A DNA stretch of 36,052 nt from an uncultured bacterium (lineage in GTDB: Bacteria > JADJOY01), in assembly GCA_964392195.1 (NCBI GenBank), contig CAYMQR010000002.1:1-36052 (forward strand). Reading direction: 5' to 3'. Of the stretch, positions 1-8,343 are shown piece after piece. Each line of letters begins with the position of its first letter. The first letter of the stretch is position 1. The notes under the pieces were generated by a model. It worked only from the letters and a program-made list of their open reading frames with translations. It was not told where the DNA came from and did no database searches. Made by a program: the position numbers and the translations under genes.

Positions 1-381
1 TTCGACCACGTCTCGATCTGCGGCGTCGACGAGTACTGGAGCGGCGACCCCGACGCCGACCGCGCCTTCGCCAACGCCAACGGCACGCGCGTGCTGCTCA
101 TGCACTCGCCGTGCACGCTGCACGCGATCGACGGCCACCGCTTCGATCTCGCGGTGTGCGGCCACACTCACGGCGGCCACATCGCCCTGCCCGGTGGGCG
201 GCCGATCTGGATCCCGCAGGCCGAGATCAACGCGCCCTACGTGCACGGACGCTTCCAGCTCCCGCCGCCCCACGCCGGCGCGCTGGTGGTGAGCCGCGGC
301 GTCGGCGCCCTCGAGGTGCCGTTCCGCTCCTACGCGCCGCCCGACGTGCTGATCGTCCGCTTCGGGCCGAACGACGGCTGA
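1..381 (+). CDS. metallophosphoesterase (YkuE/COG1408-like), C-terminal part; 5' end lies outside the window
   Basis: Frame +1 is open from base 1 to TGA 379-381. The translation contains the calcineurin-like phosphoesterase motif CGHTHGGH. Its composition is ordinary, unlike the Arg/Pro-rich overlapping frame (111..476). Confidence 0.8.
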   Translation, partial: FDHVSICGVDEYWSGDPDADRAFANANGTRVLLMHSPCTLHAIDGHRFDLAVCGHTHGGHIALPGGRPIWIPQAEINAPYVHGRFQLPPPHAGALVVSRGVGALEVPFRSYAPPDVLIVRFGPNDG

Positions 382-415
382 AGGCCGCGCCGGCGCCGCC
401 GGAACTTCACAAACC

Positions 416-468
416 GCCATCGAAAATCATCACAATATGCCATCGTAAACTTTTACTTCACGCCATCC
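416..468. repeat. three GCCATC(G/C) direct repeats at exact 23-bp spacing inside an AT-rich island between convergent genes
   Basis: GCCATCG occurs at 416 and 439 and GCCATCC at 462. The surrounding region 400-520 is visibly far more AT-rich than the rest of the window. Confidence 0.5.
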
Positions 469-534
469 CACTTTGAAACTGTTCGCTCTCAGAAGAGATC
501 GTTTCCCCCTTGAATCAGGCTTTTTTCGCCGCCC

Positions 535-2373
535 TCACTCGAGCCCCGTCAGCAGGAAGTTGAAGTCGATGTGCAGCAGGTTGCTCCACGGCCCACCCGC
601 GACCGGCCGGGAACGGGTGTCGTCGGGGTCGAGGTAGGGATTCCCGATGCGGCAGTGCCAGTTCACGATCGCGTCCGGCGTGTAACGCAGCGCGAGCCAG
701 TAGCGCCCCGGCGCGAGCGTCGCGCTCTCTCCGAGCGCGCGGAAGCTGAACGGCACCCACGCGAAGTCCTTGCCGAGCGGCACCTCGCCGAGCGGCACGC
801 GGGCGCTCGTGAGTCGCACTCGTTGGCTCGGCAGGCCGCCCGTGTCGTCGAGGATCTCGACCCACAACGCGCCGTCCTCCTCGCCGCCGAACCTCTGCAG
901 CGCGAGCTCGGCCTCCCACAGCCGCAGCGGGCGGCGAAGCTCGAAGCGCTGGGCGTGGACCTCCTTCGAGGTCACGTACTCGTAGGCCTGCTCGGAGAGA
1001 TCGAGGAGGCCGATCTCGGCCAGCTCATCGAACACCGGCGCTTGCGGAGACGGCGGTGGGGGCGGCGGATTGGGCGCTCGGACCTCGGTTGGCGGAGCAG
1101 GCTCGGGGGGCGTGGGAGGCCGTGGCGGTGTCGGCGCGGGGCGCTCGGCGGGCGCCGGAGGAGCAGGCGGGATCTTCGGAACCGGCGTCGGTGCCGGCAT
1201 GGGCGGCGTGCCCCCCGGCACCGCGGGGGGTTGCTCGCGAAGCCGCGGGTCGACCACCAAGAGCGGCTTCGGCCGCGGTGGCGGTGGTGCGACCTCGGCT
1301 CCGCCCACCGCTGGCAGCACCAGTCCCGCGATGATGAAGCTCTCCGGAACCGGGGCGGCGGCGCGCAGCGCGAGCGTGTTGGTCTCGCCCGAGTATTCGG
1401 CCTCGATCGTCTCCTGGAAGCGATTCCTGCGCCCGTAGCCGGTGAAGCGATCCGCGACCTCCGCCGACTCCAGCGCCACCGCCTGCCGGATCAAGTTGGT
1501 GCTGACGAAGAAGTGGCTGCTCTGGGGATCGAACGACACCCAGCCCAGCTCGGGAAGCCGCACCTCGACCCACGCGTGGCGCCCCTGCGCGTTGTCGAAG
1601 GTGAGCGTCCCATCCGTGAGCGGCACCCGCCACGCGTGCTTGAGCGAAAGGCCGTTCACGACCCGGGCCTCGAGCCCGAGGTCGTGAAGCAGCGCCACCG
1701 CCAGGTGCGCGTAGTTCTGGCAGTTACCGCGCCCCTTCTCGAGGGCCTCGGTCGCCGAGTAGCTGGGCGGATTCACCACGTAGTCGACGTGGTCCACGAC
1801 GTAGCGCAGCACCGCGACCAGGGCGTCGATCTGGCCCCGCGCGTCCTGGCCGAGCTTGCGCGCCAGGCCGCGGATGGCACGGTCGTCCTGGTCGAGCATC
1901 CGCGCGTCCTGGAGGTACGGGACGCCCGAGCGCTCGCGCGCCGGGTCGAGCGAGCTCTCGGTGAGCTCACCGAGCGGCTCCAGGTTGGTCGCGAGGCGCG
2001 CGGTGAAGTCGACGGTGCAGACGATGCGGGTCGGCGCCTTACGCCACTCGCGCTTCTCGAAGTGGTTGCCATGGCGATCGCTCTCGGGCGTGACACGGTC
2101 GGGCGGCGGAGTGCACTCGGTGCGGAAGTTCTCGATGCGTTGGCGGTTGACGGGACCCTCGAAGGACTCGTAGCGCGCCGCCTTCGCCGTGAACGGCCCC
2201 GCCATTCCCTCGAGGTCGAAGCGCTGCTCCACGTGGATGCTCACGTCGGCGGCGAGCTCACCCGAGTACCAGAAGCTTCGCGCGTGGGCCGGGGCCTCGA
2301 AGGCCGTCGCGCCGAGCACGAGGGCGAGCACGGCGGGTCGGCCGTGGGTGCGCAGCGAGCGCCGGGATCGCAC
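535..2373 (-). CDS. secreted transglutaminase-like (Cys-His-Asp core) protein with a long Pro-rich linker and a C-terminal domain of unknown function
   Basis: GTG start at 2373 lies 7 nt after the upstream stop (TGAGGCGGCCGTG). Signal peptide is ...AVLALVLGATAFEAPAHA. The TGase core reads GRGNCQNYAHLAVALL...RHAWVEV...VSFDP. A linker of about 90 aa is rich in PPAPxP. This is the last gene of the minus-strand operon. Confidence 0.8.
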   Translation of the reverse strand: MRSRRSLRTHGRPAVLALVLGATAFEAPAHARSFWYSGELAADVSIHVEQRFDLEGMAGPFTAKAARYESFEGPVNRQRIENFRTECTPPPDRVTPESDRHGNHFEKREWRKAPTRIVCTVDFTARLATNLEPLGELTESSLDPARERSGVPYLQDARMLDQDDRAIRGLARKLGQDARGQIDALVAVLRYVVDHVDYVVNPPSYSATEALEKGRGNCQNYAHLAVALLHDLGLEARVVNGLSLKHAWRVPLTDGTLTFDNAQGRHAWVEVRLPELGWVSFDPQSSHFFVSTNLIRQAVALESAEVADRFTGYGRRNRFQETIEAEYSGETNTLALRAAAPVPESFIIAGLVLPAVGGAEVAPPPPRPKPLLVVDPRLREQPPAVPGGTPPMPAPTPVPKIPPAPPAPAERPAPTPPRPPTPPEPAPPTEVRAPNPPPPPPSPQAPVFDELAEIGLLDLSEQAYEYVTSKEVHAQRFELRRPLRLWEAELALQRFGGEEDGALWVEILDDTGGLPSQRVRLTSARVPLGEVPLGKDFAWVPFSFRALGESATLAPGRYWLALRYTPDAIVNWHCRIGNPYLDPDDTRSRPVAGGPWSNLLHIDFNFLLTGLE

Positions 2374-2380
2374 GGCCGCC

Positions 2381-3016
2381 TCACTCGTACCCGGCGCCGC
2401 GCAGGCCGGGGATGGCCCTCAGCGCGGCGAGGCCGTCCTCGAGCCGGGACGCGGGCAGGCTCACCCGGTAGTTCAGTGTGAGCTCGGTGCGTTCCGCGTC
2501 CCACGCGAGCTGCGCGAGTTGGCCGCGGTAAGGCGCGAGTACCGCGGTGACCTCCGGCACGCGCGCCGGATCGGCGACCACCACCTTGAGATCTCGCACG
2601 TAGCCGCCGATCCCGTGGCGCTCCAGCCAGCCGTCGAGAACCAGCACCATCACGATCATCCCGAACGCCGCGCCCGCGGTCTGGTACATCGCGGCACCGA
2701 TCGATGCGCCGATCGCGGCCATGAGCCAGATGCTGGTCGCGGTGGTGAAGCCATGCGCGCGCCCACCCCGGCTCGAGAGCGCGCCGGTGCCCAGGAAGCC
2801 GACGCCGGCGATCAGCCCGCTGGTGAGACCGAGGTCGATCCCCGCGTAGCGGGTCTGGATCTGCACCAGCACGAACAGGCACGAGCCGGTGCACACCAGG
2901 ACGTAGGTGCCGAACGGCACCGCCTTGCGCGCGAACTGCCGCTCCAGCGCGATCAGCGAGCTCGCTCCGAACGCGACGATCAGACGGAACACGATGGCGG
3001 TCCATGCCTCTTCCAT
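2381..3016 (-). CDS. MgtC/SapB family membrane protein
   Basis: ALERQ near the N-terminus and GFTTATSIWLMAAIGASIGAAMY are typical MgtC-family motifs, and the N-terminal half is hydrophobic. ATG 3016 has a GAGGAG Shine-Dalgarno 6 nt upstream. The GTG at 3058 used in the ORF track is an alternative start. Confidence 0.8.
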   Translation of the reverse strand: MEEAWTAIVFRLIVAFGASSLIALERQFARKAVPFGTYVLVCTGSCLFVLVQIQTRYAGIDLGLTSGLIAGVGFLGTGALSSRGGRAHGFTTATSIWLMAAIGASIGAAMYQTAGAAFGMIVMVLVLDGWLERHGIGGYVRDLKVVVADPARVPEVTAVLAPYRGQLAQLAWDAERTELTLNYRVSLPASRLEDGLAALRAIPGLRGAGYE

Positions 3017-3067
3017 GACGGTCTCCTCGAGCGATGCGAGCCGAATCCGGGTTGGCACGCGCCGGCG

Positions 3068-5074
3068 TCACAGCGCGGCGGCGATCCCGCGAACGATCTC
3101 CTCGGTCGACCCCGCCTCCCGAACGCGGTCGACGTAGCCGTGGAAACGCTCCACGTAGCGGCGCCCCTCGGGCGCGATCGCGCGCCGCCAGTCGCCCTTC
3201 GCCAGCGCCGCGTCGACCGCCCCCGGCCCCTGGTTGTAGGCCGCGAGCGCCAGGTCGAGCGCCTCGACGCGATGGCGCGCGCGATAGCCGACCACGTAGC
3301 GCGCGAGCTCGCGACCGGTCTTGAGCGCGCTCGCGCGCGGCGCGAACGGGATGCTGGGCGGCTCGGTGCGCAGGTAGAAGTGGTACGTGTGCTGGAACGG
3401 GCCGAGGGCACCGGTGGGCGAGACGGCGAACAGGTGACCGCGTGACTCGATCGCCAGCAGCGCGAGGAGCCAGCGCATCGCCTCCGCCGACGACACCTCT
3501 GCGTCGCGCGCCACCACCGCCGCCGCCGCCTCGAGGTCGGCACGGAAGAGCGTCGTGAACGCCTCGAAGGTCACTTGGTCACCGACGACGCCGACCTCGG
3601 TGCCGAAGTGGCGCGCGATCTCGCCCACCCGGCTCCGCGCCATGGCGTCGCGCTCGGCGGGCGCCAGACGCTGGTAGATCGTCAGGATCAGCGGCCGGAT
3701 GAAGTCGATGTGCACCTGGCGCGGAATCCGCTCCAGGATCGCGCGCGGCGCGCGCTCCCCGGCGAAGGCGTCGCCGGTGTAGCCGAGCAGCTCGTAGCGA
3801 GGCAGCACGAAGTCGCCACCCGGCACCGCGTAAGGCTCGGCGAGCAGCCCCTTGAGATCCGCGAGCCCGAGCGCACGCTCGGCGCGATCGAAGAACAAGG
3901 TGTCGTTGCGCACGCTCCGGTAGCGCTCGAAGAACGCCTGATCGCTCATCGCGGTGAGCACGAAGAGGCGGTTCTCGTACGCCTCCTGCGGGATCTCGCG
4001 CGCCGGTCCGCGCGAGCCTCGCGGGGCCGAGCGCAGGAAGCGGCGCAGCTCGCGGGTGCGCGGTGGCAGCGCGGGATCCGCGATCGTCTGGCGCGCGGTC
4101 GCGGCCAGGAAGGAGAGCGAGTCGGCATCGCGCGCCTCGGGCGCGATCGCGCCGCGCGCGAAGTACGCGGCGGTGACCAAGGTGATCGGCTGGGCGCGAG
4201 CGGGGCGCGTGAGCTCCTCGGTGAGGCGCGAGAGCCGGAACGGGCCGACCGCGAAAGGCGCGTTCGGCCGCGAGCCGCCGGCCTCGGCCTCGAGCAGGTA
4301 GAGCATCAGCTCGTAGCGGTCGGCGAAGCGGCGCTTGGCGGCGAAGTCGTCGTCGTAGAAGAGATCCACGGCTTCCCAGAAGCTCGCGAACGCGCTCGGG
4401 TCCGCGAGCACGACGGTGGGCGCGCCGTTCTCGTCGGCGATCCGGGCGCGCTCGCCGGCGAAGGCGCGCGCGAGGCTCGCGCGGCGTGCCGGGTCGAGCA
4501 GCGGTGGATCAGCGCTCAGCACCTCGCGCCTCAGCGTGCCGAGCGCGTCGCGCAGCGCGCCGAAGCGCTCGTCGAAGCGCCGCACCGCGGCCTCGCCGGC
4601 GCCCCGATCGGCGGCTCGCGCGCGCTCTTCGTCGCGCGTGAGCCGCCACGCGTCCACCGCCGCGCGCGCCACCAGGTTGTGGGTGAAGTTGGGGTCGAAG
4701 GGTCTGCGGGTCTCGACCTCGTGGAGCACGATCTCCTGCAGCAGTTCCACCTGCTCGCGCGCGAGCCGGTCGAACCGTGTATCGAGCCGAGCGAGTCGCT
4801 CCCGATCGGCAGCGTCCAGGCCCGTCCCGGCCGCGGCGATGCGCTCGCGCGCCGCCGTGTAGGTCTTCTCCTGGCCGTCGCACAGGTTGCGGATGAACAC
4901 GAGCCGCGTCGCGACCCAGGCGTCGCCGGCATAGAGCGCCAGGAAGTCCTCGATCTGCGCGCGGACCGGGTCGGTGAGGCTCGCGCCGCCGCCCGCCGCC
5001 GTGCCGGCGAGCACGAGCGAGATGGCGATGCCGCTCGCGACCACCGCGATTCGCGAAGCGCGCGCGCGCGTCAT
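3068..5074 (-). CDS. large periplasmic/anchored protein with a C-terminal SLT (lytic murein transglycosylase) domain
   Basis: ATG 5074 overlaps the upstream stop (ATGA at 5071-5074). The N-terminal signal/anchor is MTRARASRIAVVASGIAISLVLAG. The C-terminus has LLAIESRGHLFAVSPTGALGPFQ ... LAAYNQGPGAV (the ES...GxxQ...AYNxG SLT signature). About 450 aa of N-terminal region is unassigned. The extra 249 aa in ORF 3068..5821 is an Arg-rich shadow. Confidence 0.8.
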   Translation of the reverse strand: MTRARASRIAVVASGIAISLVLAGTAAGGGASLTDPVRAQIEDFLALYAGDAWVATRLVFIRNLCDGQEKTYTAARERIAAAGTGLDAADRERLARLDTRFDRLAREQVELLQEIVLHEVETRRPFDPNFTHNLVARAAVDAWRLTRDEERARAADRGAGEAAVRRFDERFGALRDALGTLRREVLSADPPLLDPARRASLARAFAGERARIADENGAPTVVLADPSAFASFWEAVDLFYDDDFAAKRRFADRYELMLYLLEAEAGGSRPNAPFAVGPFRLSRLTEELTRPARAQPITLVTAAYFARGAIAPEARDADSLSFLAATARQTIADPALPPRTRELRRFLRSAPRGSRGPAREIPQEAYENRLFVLTAMSDQAFFERYRSVRNDTLFFDRAERALGLADLKGLLAEPYAVPGGDFVLPRYELLGYTGDAFAGERAPRAILERIPRQVHIDFIRPLILTIYQRLAPAERDAMARSRVGEIARHFGTEVGVVGDQVTFEAFTTLFRADLEAAAAVVARDAEVSSAEAMRWLLALLAIESRGHLFAVSPTGALGPFQHTYHFYLRTEPPSIPFAPRASALKTGRELARYVVGYRARHRVEALDLALAAYNQGPGAVDAALAKGDWRRAIAPEGRRYVERFHGYVDRVREAGSTEEIVRGIAAAL

Positions 5075-8000
5075 CGCGCCTCCAGGTGGAAACGCACCGT
5101 GGTCTCTCGCGCGGTTGTATCGCGAGCGCGGACGTCGACGACATGGCGTCCGGGTGGCAGTACCAGGTCCGCCTCCCACACCTCGGCTCCGCGGGCGGGG
5201 ACGTAGCCACCCTGCTCGTCGAGGCGGACCTCGACCTGCTCCACGCCGAGGGCGTCCTCGGCGAAGCCGAGGACGTGGACCTCGCCCGCGGCGACCACCT
5301 CTCCCTCGCCGTGGGACGAGACGCGGATGCGAGGCGGGTCGAGAAGGTCGTGGCCGTCGGAGCGCAGCTCCGCGCCGAATCCGAGCGCCGCGGCGATGGT
5401 GGGCGCGATGTCCTCGTTGCCGACCGGCAAGTCGACCGCGAGGCGCGGATGGCCGGGCGGATTCACGATCAAGAGCGGCACGTGGTCCTGTTCGCCGTCG
5501 GCGCCGCCGTGCTCGCCGCGATAGGTGTGCCCCTCGACGGCGAAGTAGTAAGGCGCGCGCGCCTCGACGAACAGATCGCCGGAGCGCGCCGAGCCGGCGA
5601 GGCCCGCGAGGCGTTCGGCGAGACGATCGCGGCGGCCGGTCTCGACGAGTGTCCACGCGCCGTCCGATCCGCCACGCGCCCCGACCGGAACGAACGCGTG
5701 CACGGGCGCTCTCTCGGCCCCGGTCGCGCGCCCCAGCGCGTGGATCCTCTCGACGAATGGCTGCGCGGCGAGCGCCGCGGCCACCGGCTCGAGCGCGTCG
5801 AGCCCCGGTGCGGTGCCCCACCCCGCGCCCGGACGGCGCACGCTCACCAGCGCGGCTCCGCCGTTGTCGCCTCCCGTGAACACCAGGCCGACGTCGCGGC
5901 TCTGGACGTCGACGTCGCCGCCGCGGTCGAGCGGCACCTGGAGGCCGGCACGCGCGAGCGCGCGATAGACCTCGCGATCGGAGATCGCGTGGCGCGCGTC
6001 GTTCGCGACCTCGCGCTGACCGTGGTCAGCGCTGACCACGAGCAACGTCTCGGCCAGCAGACCGCGCCGATCGAGGGCGTCCGCGACCTCGCCGATCAGC
6101 GGGTCGATGTGACGCTCCAGGTACCCGGCCTGGCGGTCGCCCGCCGCGCCGGCCGGTCCGGGCCCCTCGAGGTGGGACCACGAGTCGAGACCCGGGAACC
6201 ACAGCCCCAGCAGCTCGGGTGGTCGGTCTCCCTCGATCCGCGCGATCGCCTTGGCGGCGGCGTCGGCGTCGATCTTGGGGAAGTCCTCGAGGAACCCGAA
6301 GAGCTTGCCGCCGAACAGCGCCTCGAGGAGGCCGGGGGACGCGACCTCGCCACCGCCCCGGCGGACGGGGTCGAACACCACCGCGGTCTCGACCTTGCGC
6401 CCGCGCGCCGCCTCGGCGCCAGCGAGCGCTTCGTAGATCGTCGGCACGTCCGGCGCGAGGTCCGTCTCGAGCAGCGCGAACCCCGGGAAGCTCCACGCGC
6501 GGCCGAGCCCGGGATCGTCGGCGGATCCGAACTTGAGGTACTCGCGGCTGCGCCGCGCGAGCGGCTCTCCGACGTCGAGCGTGCGATCGAACCACTCGTT
6601 GCCGGTGATCTCGTGGCGCCCCGGGAGCGCGCCGGTGAAGATCGTGGTGTGGTTCGGGATCGTGTCGGCGGGCAGTGCCGCGAGGCAGCGCTCGAAGCGC
6701 ACGTAGCCGCGCTCTTGCAGCAGCCCCGCGAGCCGCGGCAGGCGCCCGCCGTCGAGCGCCGCGTAGAGCGAGCGCGCGCGCAGCGCGTCGATGACCAGCA
6801 CCACCGCGCGCGCGCGCACGTCGAGGCGATCGCGCAGCGCCTTGAGCGCGGTGAGCGCCTCCGCCCCGGTCACCGGGTCGCGTGGACGGAAGCGCTCGCC
6901 GGCCTCGCCACCCGCCCCCAGGATCCCCAGCGCCCGCGCCAGCTCGGCGGCTCCGCGGTACCACGCGTGCGGATCCACGTCCGCGAAGTGCGCCGGCTCC
7001 CCCACGCCTCGCAGCCCGAGCGTCGCGTCGCGCGACGAGCGGCTCAGCAGGTCCTCGATCACGCCCGCCAGCTCGGCGCGGCTCACCGCCTCGTCGGGGT
7101 GGAAGCCGCCGTCGGCGAACCGCTCGAGGCCGCGCACTCCCTGCGCGAGGACGCGGCCGATGTCGGTGGCGTGGCGGTTCGCGGCGGCGTCGCCCGGCAG
7201 CGCCGCCGGCGGGCGCGGCGCGGGCACTGCCCTGGGCGGCTCGTAGGTCGGGGGACCGGGCAGCGGCGGCAGGCGATCCACCCGGAGCTCCTGGACGAGC
7301 AGTGCCGCCAGCTCGCCTCGCGACAGGCGATCGAGCAAGCCCAGGCGCCTCCCTTCGGGGCTGCGCGGCGCCGCGGCGCGCACGGTCGTGAGTCGCGCCA
7401 GCGCGGCGCCCAGCGCCGCCGCGTCGACGTCCGCTCCTCCCAGATCCCGGGCGCGAGAGAGAGCCTCGGCGGCGCGCGCCAGGTCGAGCCCGGCACGAAA
7501 GATCGCGCCGAGGCGTGCCAGCGACGCGCCGTCCTCGGCGCGCTGAGCGCGCAGTACCGTCCATTCGCGCGCCGCGAGCTCGAGACCGCCGGACGGCGGC
7601 GCATCGCGCGCGCTCGCGTCGGCGAGCACGGCGACGATCGCCCGCGCCACCGCGACTCGCTCGTCGCGGGTCCGGGCCTGGACCAGGGCGCGCCGCAGCA
7701 CCTCCAGCGCCGTGTCCACGCGACCCGCCGCGCTCGCGCGCGAGGCGGCGTCGAGGGCCTCGGCGAGGCTCGCGCCGAGGGACACGAGGCCCGCCGTCGG
7801 TGGCGCCGCCTGGCTCCCGAACGCCTTCACGAAGCCCGCGAGATCCCGCCAGTAGATGGAGAATCCGAAGTGCTCCATCTCGAGGCGCGCGTCCGCGGGC
7901 GGCCAGCCCTGCACCTGCATGCGGTAGATCGCGGCCATCGCCCCGGTGCGGTCCTCGCCGTTGCGGCAATGGAAGAACACCGGACGCGCCGCGGGATCGG

Positions 8001-8343
8001 TGACCACGTCCAGGAAGCGCTCGATGTCGGCGGCGGACGGCGGCTCGCTCGGCGCGAGCGGGATGTGCACGACCCGAAAACCCAGGGCCTCGGCTCGCTC
8101 CCGGTACGGGACCGCGTCGCGCAGGCACACCAGCGTCTTCACCTGGGCGCGCTTCAGCACCTCGAGCCCAGCGTCGGTGGGCGACGCGCCGCGATAGACG
8201 CCGTCGTCGATGCGCGCGAAGCGCTCGATCCCGTCGACCTGGAACGTCTCGGCCTGCTCCAGCGGCGCGACCTCCGCGCGCGCTGGCCGAGCCGCGCTCG
8301 CCAGCACGAACCACACCGCGAGCGCAACCGCGAGGCGGGTCAT
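5071..8343 (-). CDS. secreted multidomain protein: Cys-X5-Arg (PTP-like) phosphatase + helical region + SLH repeats + nucleotide pyrophosphatase/phosphodiesterase (alkaline-phosphatase superfamily) + C-terminal beta domain
   Basis: ATG 8343 overlaps the upstream stop (ATGA at 8340-8343). Signal peptide is MTRLAVALAVWFVLASAARPARA. The phosphatase P-loop reads FFHCRNGEDRTGAM. SLH-type segments are FHPDEAVSRAELAGVIEDLL and FADVDPHAWYRGAAELARALGIL...FRPRDPVTGAEAL. NPP motifs are VLVIDALR, TIPNHTTIFTG, SADHGQ and GEHGG. The 411 aa upstream in ORF 5071..9576 is a shadow frame. Confidence 0.8.
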   Translation of the reverse strand: MTRLAVALAVWFVLASAARPARAEVAPLEQAETFQVDGIERFARIDDGVYRGASPTDAGLEVLKRAQVKTLVCLRDAVPYRERAEALGFRVVHIPLAPSEPPSAADIERFLDVVTDPAARPVFFHCRNGEDRTGAMAAIYRMQVQGWPPADARLEMEHFGFSIYWRDLAGFVKAFGSQAAPPTAGLVSLGASLAEALDAASRASAAGRVDTALEVLRRALVQARTRDERVAVARAIVAVLADASARDAPPSGGLELAAREWTVLRAQRAEDGASLARLGAIFRAGLDLARAAEALSRARDLGGADVDAAALGAALARLTTVRAAAPRSPEGRRLGLLDRLSRGELAALLVQELRVDRLPPLPGPPTYEPPRAVPAPRPPAALPGDAAANRHATDIGRVLAQGVRGLERFADGGFHPDEAVSRAELAGVIEDLLSRSSRDATLGLRGVGEPAHFADVDPHAWYRGAAELARALGILGAGGEAGERFRPRDPVTGAEALTALKALRDRLDVRARAVVLVIDALRARSLYAALDGGRLPRLAGLLQERGYVRFERCLAALPADTIPNHTTIFTGALPGRHEITGNEWFDRTLDVGEPLARRSREYLKFGSADDPGLGRAWSFPGFALLETDLAPDVPTIYEALAGAEAARGRKVETAVVFDPVRRGGGEVASPGLLEALFGGKLFGFLEDFPKIDADAAAKAIARIEGDRPPELLGLWFPGLDSWSHLEGPGPAGAAGDRQAGYLERHIDPLIGEVADALDRRGLLAETLLVVSADHGQREVANDARHAISDREVYRALARAGLQVPLDRGGDVDVQSRDVGLVFTGGDNGGAALVSVRRPGAGWGTAPGLDALEPVAAALAAQPFVERIHALGRATGAERAPVHAFVPVGARGGSDGAWTLVETGRRDRLAERLAGLAGSARSGDLFVEARAPYYFAVEGHTYRGEHGGADGEQDHVPLLIVNPPGHPRLAVDLPVGNEDIAPTIAAALGFGAELRSDGHDLLDPPRIRVSSHGEGEVVAAGEVHVLGFAEDALGVEQVEVRLDEQGGYVPARGAEVWEADLVLPPGRHVVDVRARDTTARETTVRFHLEAR

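Noticed and set aside
571-2481. 636-aa plus-strand ORF antisense to the transglutaminase-like and MgtC genes, plus smaller ORFs at 515..919, 1025..1633 and 2189..3445
   Set aside because: The translations are dominated by Arg/Ala/Gly/Pro/His runs with no recognisable motifs. They fully overlap genes that carry clear family signatures and signal peptides. These are typical shadow ORFs of very GC-rich DNA.
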